From NCBI GenBank assembly GCA_964016885.1, contig OZ024751.1:4588001-4652000 (forward strand): 64,000 nt of DNA. The letters run 5' to 3'. Shown piece after piece: positions 33,659 through 45,619 of this stretch. This DNA comes from Eledone cirrhosa (lineage: Eukaryota). The notes below the pieces were generated by a model. It made no database searches and was not told where the DNA came from. It saw only the letters and a list, made by a program, of their open reading frames with translations. A program made the position numbers and the translations under genes. Every line of letters starts with the position of its first letter. Position 1 is the stretch's first letter.

Positions 33659-34265
33659 CCCTTTTGTTCAACACTGACAAAGGAACAAACTGAACATTAT
33701 AATAAATGTTCGGTAAACCCATACGTACATATATATATGTGTGCATGTATGTATATATAGATACATACTACTGTATGTCTGTATACATATATGTATGTAC
33801 GTGTACATACTTATATTTAAGTATAAGAGTGAGAAATGAAATTTCATTGTTTCCATTTATCGTTTTCGGTGCGCCCGGCCTACTAACTCACTCGATATGC
33901 AAATTAGGCTGCTCAGCTGTTAATATGCATGAGGAAAGTATATACTTTCAAACGTTCAATCGACTGACAGGAAGGTATACGGTGCTGATGACAGCTAATA
34001 AGCTAGAAACTAGTTCATCGTTCCTTTGTCAGTGTTGAACAAAAGGGCAACGATGGTTGCCGAACACTGTACGGCTTAATTCGGGCTGTTTGTTTACAAA
34101 CAAACCGAACATTATAATAAATGTTCGGCAAACCCATACGTACATATATATATGTGTGCATGTATTTATGTATATACATACTACTGTACGTCTGTATACA
34201 TATATGTATGTACGTATATATACTTATATTTAAGTATCAGCCGTACTAAGAGTGAGAAATTTTTT
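33659..34265 (+). mobile_element. Partial-tandem non-coding element (~415-bp unit, short 5' inversion) with HHR; diverged relative of 11267-12148
   Basis: 33684-33840 repeats at 34099-34260; 33659-33686 is inverted at 34020-34047; shares TATGCAAATTAG.CTGC and GAAACTAGTTCA with the 11.5-kb repeat. Confidence 0.8.
33980..34020 (+). ncRNA. Minimal type I HHR
   Basis: CGGTG-CTGATGA-cAGCT aata AGCTa-GAA-ACTAGT-T-CATCG. Confidence 0.75.
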
Positions 34266-34267
34266 CC

Positions 34268-34298
<31 letters not shown>

Positions 34299-34416
34299 GA
34301 AGAGAGGCTTAGCTCTGTTTCTCGACCGTTATATCGCGTGACTATCTCCCCCTCCGCCTTTTGGGATTCTTTCTCACGTCGTGTAGACGCGTTCTTGAGA
34401 CTAGTAAAATGAGGTA

Positions 34417-34504
34417 TCCTCTTGATAAGTCGGCAGACCTCGCAAGGACTCTATATCTTTGATATATTGTTTTTGTTTATGCCACGAAACTACGTAGTCG
34501 AGGA
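34417..34504 (+). ncRNA. Type I HHR with U3-A8 core variant
   Basis: TCCTC-TTGATAA-GTcGGCA..TGCCAC-GAA-ACTACGTAGT-C-GAGGA; GUC site at 34497-34499. Confidence 0.75.
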
Positions 34505-34738
34505 ATTTAGGAACAGTTTAGGTATGATACATTTTATTACTAATTATATCTAAATGTTTCTTCTCTCTTCATAATGTATTTTTAACTCTGATACTGGTTC
34601 AGTCTGGTTCAAACTGAATTGGTCTGTCCCAGTCATTCATTGAGCAACATCGGTGAAGTTGGCACCCTTAACTCACAGTTGGGTGCGGATGCATTCATGT
34701 ATATATGTGTGTGTCCGCATGTATCTGTGTGTTTCTAA

Positions 34739-34828
<90 letters not shown>

Positions 34829-34833
34829 TATAT

Positions 34834-34900
<67 letters not shown>

Positions 34901-35219
34901 GTATGTACATATACATGTAATTGACGTGGCAATAAAGTCTTTAGAATAGTAGGCTGTGTGCCATATATTGCAGTAAATGTAGCTAATCATCAACATTTTA
35001 CCTCCGTTCTTCCACGCTAGCATGGGTTAGACCGGTTGTCCTGTTGTGGGTAGTGTCCAGTCAGCTGACCTTGTTTTACTCATACGGGAACTGATTCTGG
35101 CGTGATTTCTACAGCTGGATGCCCTTCCTAACACCAACCTCATTTACAGTGAGTGCCGGGTGCTTTTTTTCTGTGGCGCCTACACGTCCACTTTGCAGTG
35201 GGAGAGGGTGGGGGCATAT

Positions 35220-36310
35220 TGTCTATATGCTTCAGCTTCGGCTTGTACCCGTGGGAAGTCGGGTACTCTGTATTACTGCGTGACGCCAGAGGTCACGGTC
35301 GTGTGTCATCGCCTCTGAGAGGTGCATTTGGGTAAGGTCGGCTTTTATCACCTCATCCCAGGTCTTCTTGGGTCTCCCCACCCCGCAGCCTCCGTCGACT
35401 TCTAGTGCTCTGCACCTTTTTATGCAGCTGTCATCCTTCATACGCATCACATGTCCATACCAACGTAACCTCCTCTCCTGCATACAGCATTTGGTTCCTC
35501 TTATGCTCAGTCTCTCTCTCAATTCGTTTATGCTTTGCCGTTCGCGTATATTACTATTACACATCCATCGGAGCATGCAAACTTCGTTTCTTTCTAATCT
35601 ACGCAAGTCTTCCACAGACAGCGCCCAGGTCTCACTACCATGTAACATTGCTGTTCGTATACACGCATCATACAGTCTGCCTTTCATTTTGAGGGAAAAG
35701 CCTTTTGCAGCTAGCAGTGGCAGTAGCTCCCTGAACTTCTTCCATCCCGTTCTTATCCTAGTTATTGTACTTTCCGAACACCCACTTCCGCTGCTAATTC
35801 GGTCACCTAGGTAGCAGAAGCTGTCTACTGTATCTACAGAACCCTCCCAGAGTTTGGTGGTGCTTGTTTCCTGTGGCTGTTTGCTGCCTGCTGTCCCAGC
35901 GCAGCTGCTACATGTGAAGCCTACATTCTTAGATAAGCTTCCTGAGATCCTACTACATCTCTTGTGTACCCATTTGGGGCATAGGATGGAGTTCCTACCT
36001 ACACTTTTCCTACATACTGAGCAAGGCTATTTTCCTGAGGGGATCTGGGTTCTGTTTTTTCGTCTACTTACGAGGACCTTAGTCTTTGTCAGGTTGACTT
36101 TGAGACCCTTTCTTTTTAGTCCTTGCTTCCATATTTGGAATTTCTTCTCTAGTTCCTCTATAGATTCAGCAATAAGTGTGAGATCATCCGCATATAGGAG
36201 TTCCCATGGGAATCCGGTCTGAAACTCCTCCGTTTACCTGCAATACTATAATGAACAGGAGAAGGCTAAGAACAGAGCCCTGATGGAAACCGACCTGTAT
36301 GCTAAATTCC
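35220..36310 (-). mobile_element. RTE-clade LINE fragment (RT C-terminal half with Cys-rich insert), decayed
   Basis: Minus: [74 protein letters not shown]. Confidence 0.88.
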
Positions 36311-36751
36311 TAGTTCATATCAGTTGGAATTTGAACTTTGTTGTACACGTTGGATATTCTGTATGAATGCTGTATTTTGTCACAGGCCTGTGCATAATTA
36401 TTTTGCTGTCATTCTTGTGAGTTTATAATACTCTCATCGAACTGCTCAATTCATAAAAAGATTTTTTCCACAGGAGAAGAGTGGCAATGATCAAACAATC
36501 ACCCTATTGTACGATGGTTGTGTGTTCAAGTTATTAAAGCAATATCTTTGAAAATTTGTTTTCGCTTCTTTAAAATAGGTGGTAGCTGAATCGTTATGCT
36601 GGTTTCGACAATTGCCCAAGGAACGGTTAAAGTTAAATGCTTTGCATAAGCACTTTAATGATGTTATTGCATTCAATGGAGATTATGTTTTGCAGGATAA
36701 ATAAATTTTAGTTTCAATATGTTATATATATATATATATATATATGTATGT

Positions 36752-36783
<32 letters not shown>

Positions 36784-36786
36784 GTA

Positions 36787-36846
<60 letters not shown>

Positions 36847-36871
36847 TATATATATATACATATATATATAT

Positions 36872-37310
36872 ACTAGCAGAGGTGCCCGGCGTTGCTCGGG
36901 TATTAAATAGCAGTTGTGTATACCATTTATGTTAAAACTTCAGTGCTGCTTCGAAAACTATACTTTTACAAAATCATCGCCTTTTTCCAAAAGGGGGTTC
37001 CTGCCCCCAGGGGTCCCCTACTCAGTATGTGCCAACTCTGAGAGTTCACATTCATCTGCAGGACAAACGTAGCCCATGTGTCAAGTTTTGTGAAAATCGA
37101 TTGAGAACTCCAGAAGTTATGACGTTTTGTTGCATTGCACTGCAGTGCTTCAGTCGACTCCAAGGAAGTGGTTAAATGGGATTATCTGCCGGGGGGCCCT
37201 ATAATCAATATCTGGAAAAATGAAAATGCCCATGACCATCCGGAGTACATAAGTAACCTATGTCTTAAGTTTGGTGAAAATACTGTAGAAATGCATAAGG
37301 TTTATACATA
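36872..37310 (-). mobile_element. Helitron-like non-autonomous element (3' hairpin + CTAG at left)
   Basis: ACTAGCAGAGGTGCCCGGCGTTGCTCGGG is the reverse complement of the terminus type seen at 13907-13934. Confidence 0.55.
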
Positions 37311-37628
37311 CGCGCGCGTGCGTGCGTGTGTGTGTGTGTGTTTGTGGGTGTGTATGTATTTGTGTGTGCGTATGTATGTGTATGTCCGTCGGGGCATACG
37401 TATGTACTGGCTTAAATCTTCACTATTTACTTTTACTATTTTAATAACCTCTGTCATTTTCATTTTCAATTTTATTTACATCATTCTTAAACTCCGGGCT
37501 GGAAATCATTCTGTTATGTTAAATAGAATATTAGTCTAACGACTCCATTTATACCATAAACTTGGTCTTGTCTTTGCATGAAATTGTTCTTCCCGCTCCA
37601 CATAACGACGTATTATCCTCGCTTAAAA

Positions 37629-37689
<61 letters not shown>

Positions 37690-37744
37690 GGAGAGATAGA
37701 TAGACACACACGCACACTCACAGACACACATACATATAAATTGA

Positions 37745-40470
37745 TATATTTCTATTTATTGCCACGAGGGCGCAAAAGAAGAGGACAAATACGAGGGGGG
37801 AGTTTACACAAAAAGGCGAGTAAAGAAAACAAATAAATATAAAATGAACAATAAAGTCCTTTAATAGGGAGGAGGCGTTTTGGGGGGTCGCACACACCCC
37901 GGAATAAAATGTGCAACCCTTCTCCTCAGGAGCGCAGAGAGAGGGTGCTCCCTCGTTCCTTCATCTTTTCCATCTACAGGCTGATGTAGAGAGAAGGCCC
38001 ATTCACACGGGCCATTCTCGCCACTTTCACCCACCTTTCATAAAAACGACTGGGGTGGAGCACCTCTCCCTCCATCCTGATCCTTCTTCCGAAATGATAT
38101 CGGAAGAAACGGATCAGTTGTTGGCTAGAGAGAAAGGTGCCTGGTTCAGCTTAGCCCCTGTAAACCTTTCGTACTCCTCCAGTAAGGTGCCGATCGCCCC
38201 GATTTCGGAGGCCGTCAACACCATTACTGTCACGTCATCGGCGTAGGCCGACACCGCTTTCCGCAATCCCAGTTCCAAAGGGATGCCCTGCAACAACTCC
38301 AACTTCCGCAGTAGTGGCTCGAGAGTCAATACATACAGAAGGGAGGAGAGAGGGCACCCTTGTCGGATGGACCGCGCGATTTCGAACGGCTCCGAGAGGT
38401 AGCCGTTCACCTTGACTCTAGAGCAGATGCGGCTGCTGTGCATAGCAGTGATCCAGCCCCTGAAAATGGGTCCGAAGCCTGCCGCCGCTAGCACCGCATC
38501 CAGGTAACCATGGTCGACCCTATCGAATGCCTTAGATTGATCCAAGTTGATCAGGGCCTCACCAAATTCGGATTCGTTCCCAACCCTCTTTATGATGTAT
38601 CGCATGAGGTGGAGATTGTCGTGGATGGACCTGGACGGAATAGCACATGTCTGCGCATCTCCCACCAGGTTGGCCACGACAAGCGCCCTTCTTGGCCAAA
38701 ATCTGTAACTCTGTATTTAGCAGAGTTATGGGCCTGAAGTTACTTATTTCGTCCCCCTTGTTATCGTCCTTCCTCACTAGCGTGACTACGTCCTTGGTCA
38801 CAGAACAGGGAATTCTCCCGTTCTGTTGCCAGTTGCAGTAGACCGCCTCGAGGAGATCGGGGAACAAGTCCGGCATAGCTAAATATAGTTCGTATGGAAG
38901 ACCGTCGAGACCCGGGGATTTGCATTGGCTCAGCACGTCCTCTATCTCAGCGGCTGAAATCGTCTCCTCGCAGGACTTCGCCTCCTCGTCCGAAAGACGC
39001 GGCAGGCCGTCGAGGTATGGATCGAAGTCCACTTCCCCAACCGGCTCCCCGCCCCTTCCGAACAATCGGGCAAAGTGCCTTTGAAAGGCCTCACACATCT
39101 GCTTAGGTTCAAGGATCGCCCGTCCATCCTGGTCTCGCAAAGACTGGATGGTGGATTTAATTCTACTCTTGGCTTCTGTCACACGGGCCCAGCTAACAGC
39201 TTTGGTCCCCTCGTTTCCTAGAGCACGTATTTTACTTCGGACAACGCAGCCTTCGTGCTTCGCGTCGAAAAACTGGCTCAAAGCCGTTCTCGACGCTAGC
39301 ACTCTGGCCACGTCACCGCTTCTAATTGCCTCTTCTACTCTGTCTATCAGCTCCCTTTCCTTCCTATTCCTATCCGCAGCTAAAACCTTACTAAATTCTA
39401 TCGAGATTAATCTAATCTCTCTCTTTAGAGATACCCACCACCTGCTGTTGACGATCGCTCCAGTCAACCGCTCCTTAACTAACGTACTAATCCGGTTCCT
39501 GCAAGCTTTACTTGCCGGTAGGGACAAGTTCAGCTTCCAGTAACCGGGACCCTGTCTATGCGTTCTATCAAAGTTGACCATGCAGGTCACCAACTTGTGG
39601 TCTGAATAGCCAACCATGAGCATTTCTGGACAACTTAAAAAGTCCCTGTCCTTATTTCTAACTAAGAACCTATCTAGGTACGATCTAGATTGACCGCTGC
39701 GGTTTGACCAAGACCAGGTTGGCACAGTCGGAAAATCTAGCCGAAATCTATCGGCCAGGTCAAACCGGCCGAGTAACTCCTTGAGGCTGTTACACCCCTC
39801 TCTAATGGGACATGCCCCTGCATAGTCCCAACGTGCATCCAGGATACCATTCCAATCCCCCACTAAAAGCAGGGAACGGGACGTCCCTAGAAAAGACTCC
39901 AGACGCTGGAAGAAGTCGGGCCGTTCTGTCCCAAAAGGGGCATATGCGGATACCAGCCTAAAGGCTCCACCTTCACCATTGCCAAGGTCTAGCACCACCA
40001 GTCGACCCCCTGGGTCCAAGTGAACTATCTGTGTGGCGAGACCCAGATGTTTTTGCAGCAGAACGACAACCCCACCCCCACCTCCGGGCTGACAGAGAGA
40101 TGCGTGCATCTCAAAGTCATCAAAGGTGGGGGCCAGCTGTCGCATGCTGCTGATCCGGGCCTCGCAAATGACCATCACATTTATACATCGTGACCTGAGG
40201 TCATTTAGAAGTATTGCTTGCTTCCAAGGTGAGCCCAGGCCACGCACATTTAGACAACCTATTCTCAATACAGCCATGTTGGTGGTAAAGAGACAAGACA
40301 TTTATCTCTCTGCGTCCCGGGGACCAGGCCGCACAATTTCCATGGAGGTGGGGGATGGGTTGTTGGGTGGGGTGGTGGTTTGTGGAAGTGTAGGGGCATC
40401 AGTGTGTGGTGGGGTTGGGGTGTTTGGAGTCGTGTGGGTGTCTGTGGGGGGGGGGGGGGGGATTTTTTAG
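37745..40470 (-). mobile_element. Tx1/L1-clade LINE: ORF1 tail + ORF2 (APE + RT), frameshift near 38690, internal deletion after the RT
   Basis: CLNVRGL, GDWN, SYLDRFL, SDH, GYWKLN, KSPGLDGLP, FRPITLLNTE, LDQSKAFDRVDH, RQGCPLS, YADD; 3' AATAAA near 37755. Confidence 0.92.
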
Positions 40471-41275
40471 GAGGACACGGTTAATGGGTCTGACGCAGGG
40501 GGGCCCCGCGTCCTCTTTAAAAGTGTATTTTAACATGTTGTAAATGTCCATTGGGGCTTTTATCATTTTGAGGTGGGGGAAATCCCCTGCCTGGGTGAAG
40601 TTAGGCCCTTCGCTTGAAGAAATATCGGTTGAAAACGACGGAATATTAAATAATATATATTTGTTTAATGTATTGGAAAATGATCAAAGATCGACATTTT
40701 CCCCTTCAAATCATATATGTAATTGATCTTAACAAGTTAGTACATTATTTCCTACGTTTTTCTTGATGTAGAATGCTTCTTTTGTTTAGCTACACATCTT
40801 TTAATTCATTTTCTCTTAAAAAACATAGAAGATATAAATCTGTAGTCTAACTGATAGATTCGAAGTTAACACCAATATAAAATACTAGATTATTTTTCAA
40901 CCCGCTGACACGTATATGAGTATATAGATATAAACGCGCAAACACAGACACACTTACAAAAATACACTCAGACATACATCACACAAATACACATATGTTC
41001 ACAAAAACACACACACATACATTTAAACACACGCACATGCATATACACTCACACACAGCATAACAAATGGAACGCCAACTGCTGTTTTGCTATAGTTTTT
41101 TCACCACCACCCCTTCCTTCCTTTTACACACATACACACATACATTCACACACACATTGTGTGACGGATGGAATTCGCTCAAATTTATATAAAGTATAAA
41201 ATATCACTATGGTGCCCAGTTAATAAATCTTAACACATTTCATTGTCTACAGATTATAGCTGGTGCTGTTACTGC

Positions 41276-41307
<32 letters not shown>

Positions 41308-41627
41308 CTGCTTCACACACATCTCCAACGGTAGATTACACCTATCAATATTTTCTCTCTTTTGTTAGAATCTTGTCATTGTTCAAGAAGTGAATCTAAC
41401 ATCTGTTATTGAGATTGGTAACACCACGTCTTCACCATCGTTCTTGCTGTCATTACTGTCTGTTGATCTTGTATTATCATTTCACAGCCAAAAAGTAGAA
41501 ACAATTATCATTTCACAGACGAAGAAACCGGTTCTTTATTTGTTAGCATATTCTTCAATTCTTCAAACTGTTCGACTGGCGATTTTATGATTAGAGAAAT
41601 AGCATCCAGGAATGTATTGTCTATGTG

Positions 41628-42255
41628 TCTGGTAAGTGACTTGATCTGAGACCGTGTTTTGTACTTGTTTGGCAAGTGACTTGATCTGAGACTGTGTTGT
41701 ACTTGGTTAGTGACTTGATCTGAGACTGTGTTGTACTTGTCTGGCAAGTGACTTGATCTGAGACTGTGTTGTACTTGGTAAGTGACTTGATCTGAGACTG
41801 TGTTGTACTTGTCTGGCAAGTGACTTGATCTGAGACTGTGTTGTACTTGGTAAGTGACTTGATCTGAGACTGTGTTGTACTTGTCTGGCAAATGACTTGA
41901 TCTGAGACTGTGTTGTACTTGGTAAGTGACTTGATCTGAGACTGTGTTGTACTTGGCAAGTGACTTGATCTGAGACTGTGTTGTACTTGGTAAGTGACTT
42001 GATCTGAGACTGTGTTGTACTTGTTTGGCAAGTGACTTGATCCGAGACTGTGTTGTACTTGTTTGGCAAATGACTTGATCTGAGACTGTGTTGTACTTGT
42101 TTGGCAAATGACTTGATCCGAGACTGTGTTGTACTTGGCAAGTGACTTGATCCGAGACTTTGTGTTGTGTACTTGTCTGGTAAGTGGTTTGATCCGAGAC
42201 TGTGTATTGTGTACTTGTCTGGCAAGTGACTTGATCCGAGACAGTGTGTTGTGTA
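41628..42255. repeat. Minisatellite, 29-35-bp units (GG[C/T]AAGTGACTTGATCTGAGACTGTGTTGTACTT[GTCT])
   Basis: About 19-20 tandem units without spacers. Confidence 0.95.
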
Positions 42256-42869
42256 ATTTAAATGTCGACGTCATGTATTCACAACATTGGTTTGTACTTT
42301 TTAAGAATGTATCACCTATGCAGTTTCATGTGACACAGGGCGTAAAGAGTTAAAAAAAAAAAAAAAAGAAAATAACAACAACAACAAAAAAAGAAAGAAA
42401 ACAGACTGATATTGAAAAGTGTTGACATTCATATGTATATTTAATCAATGCAAATATAAACAATGGGGATGGGAAAGAAAAAAACAAAAACAATAACAAC
42501 AACGAAGAAAATTCATTGTATCACAGTCGTCTTTCTAATATGGTTTAACATTCAATTCCGTTCGGACAACCCTTATCTCAATCCAAACAAGAATACAGTG
42601 GTTTTAAAAATGTTCTTTCTATCTTTTTCATTAGCAAACAAACAAATATATTTATTATATCAGCCACGTGATGTCACATAACATACGGACACAGAAAAGG
42701 GCAGTGCCCCTTCTTTTTCAATTATATTTTTGTATATCTTATTTTTATTTTGGTATTTTTTTATCAATCGTAATTGAACTCATGTTTACATATTCGCACA
42801 CACACACATACAAACACATACTCACGTGTACACACGCACACAAGTAAATATATGTGTGCATGTATAAAC

Positions 42870-42917
<48 letters not shown>

Positions 42918-42921
<4 letters not shown>

Positions 42922-43694
42922 TAAGAAGGTAATAGGAACGTAAACAAGAGAAGAAAAGTAGCCATTCGTCAGCTGTTTACTACGGATCATAGATGTTTCG
43001 GCGCTTAAAACAGGACATTGATCCGTAACCACACAGCATGCCTCTATACCTGTATTTTTGTATTTACTGCTGTGACCACCTCTCTACCTGTTTTGTTCCA
43101 TTTGTTGTCTGGCAGGACTTATGTCCCACCACGCTTTCAGACCCACTCTCTCCTTTTCTCTCTTTCTTTCTCCCCATATATCTGCTTGTTTTCGGCCTGG
43201 TCACACAAGTGTCGTAAACCCCTTTTGGATTAACTCCCTTTCCTTTCTCCCCCTCTCTCTATCCCTCTTACTCACCCCCTCTCACTTCCGGTTTCTCCGT
43301 CTTTCTCTCTCTCTACACTCACTTTACTAAGATCGCCACGGAAAGACATTGCTCCGCAGCTATACGGCCACCGGGCCCATAAGTTATACTGTACCCATTA
43401 CTTACATACATGTGCCATTGTCCTGTGTTCCCCCTTCTATTCGGTATGTTTACGTTTTTTCCTCTTTCTCTTTTTTTTCTTTCTTCCCCTCTCTTCACTA
43501 TCACTTCTTTCCCTTATGGCCCCTTTCCCCCACGAGCGCGCTACGCATCGATGTCCTGTTTTAAGCGCCGAAACATCTATGATCCATAGTAAACAGCTGA
43601 CGAAGGGCTACTTTTCTTCTCTTGTTTACGTCCCTATTACCTTCTTACACTTCGTTTTCAGTAACCACATAGCCTGCCACTTTACCTGTATTTT

Positions 43695-43700
<6 letters not shown>
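42918..43700 (+). mobile_element. Non-coding element: 636-bp partial tandem plus 5' inverted arm (42918-43018 / 43551-43651)
   Basis: GTAACCAC..TACCTGTATTTTTGTAT at 43025 and 43661; inverted arms; TA flanks. Confidence 0.82.
43550..43609 (+). ncRNA. Candidate non-circularly permuted hammerhead ribozyme (inverted copy 42960-43018)
   Basis: GATGT-C-CTGTTT taagc GCC-GAA-ACATC tatgatccatagt AAACAG-CTGACGA-agGGC; GATGT/ACATC, CTGTTT/AAACAG and GCC/GGC pair. Confidence 0.6.
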
Positions 43701-43751
<51 letters not shown>

Positions 43752-43899
43752 CATACACACACACACACACACATATATATATGAAAAAATGATACGAATG
43801 ACTTTCCTAGTTGTTGGTATTCTTATCATTTTTCAAATATACTTTACTGTACCAATAAGTTTCCTCATTTTCTATTATACAGACAATAATTACATATAT

Positions 43900-44905
<1,006 letters not shown>

Positions 44906-45202
44906 TTATTCACCGGTATCAACTGCAGTTATTGTACAATTTCCCTAAATGTACATAATTTTCATATCAGTCTTCACTCCCCCTCTCTCCCTCATTGACT
45001 CACATCTTCTCACTCCCCCTCTCTCATTGACTCCCACCCTCTCTTTCATTGACTCCATCCTCCTCTCTCTCATTGACTCTCATCCCTCTCTAAACTCCGA
45101 GTAGTGACCCATTCATACTCAGTCTTCAATACTTGTTAGACTACTTTAACTAACAGCATTGAATACTTTGATAAATATGAACCACTGCAATTACATATAT
45201 AT

Positions 45203-45595
45203 ATAATATAAGATCAAAAGATGGTTAAAAGAGTTCCATGTATTTTATTATGCGCATTTCAAAAACAAATATCATGGGATGATATTTGCGTTCTCATCAG
45301 ATAAAATAGGGAGACATGATATGAAGCTTAAAAATCAATATATATTGATTTAACACTTCACTGCTCGCAAGTGTTTTTTAAGCTTCATATCATGTCTCCC
45401 TATTTTATCTGATGAGAACGCAAATATCATCCCATGATGATATTTGTTTTTGAAATGCACATAATAAAATACATGGAACTCTTTTAACCATCTTTTGATC
45501 TTACATTATTTATACTCCAGTCGTATAAACTGTTGAGTGCTACTTATCCGATATTTGCATTGCTTTATTGTGCTACAATAAAACTCACCTCCTAC
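45203..45595. mobile_element. Hairpin mini-element (arms 45203-45334 / 45375-45510), one HHR per arm
   Basis: Near-exact reverse-complement arms. Confidence 0.85.
45241..45308 (-). ncRNA. Type I HHR (plus-strand copy 45401-45471)
   Basis: Minus: TATTTTAT-CTGATGA-GAACGCAAATATCAT ccc ATGATATTTGTTTTT-GAA-ATGCGCAT-A-ATAAAATA; palindromic stem III. Confidence 0.8.
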
Positions 45596-45619
45596 ATATA
45601 TATATATATATATATATTG

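Noticed and set aside
35368-36222. Plus-strand ORFs 35368-35814 and 35854-36222 (also 39148-39543 and 23331-23819)
   Set aside because: Antisense shadows of LINE coding sequence
41628-42255. CRISPR-like ~30-bp repeats and ORFs 41508-42274
   Set aside because: Head-to-tail units without unique spacers, no cas genes, eukaryotic context
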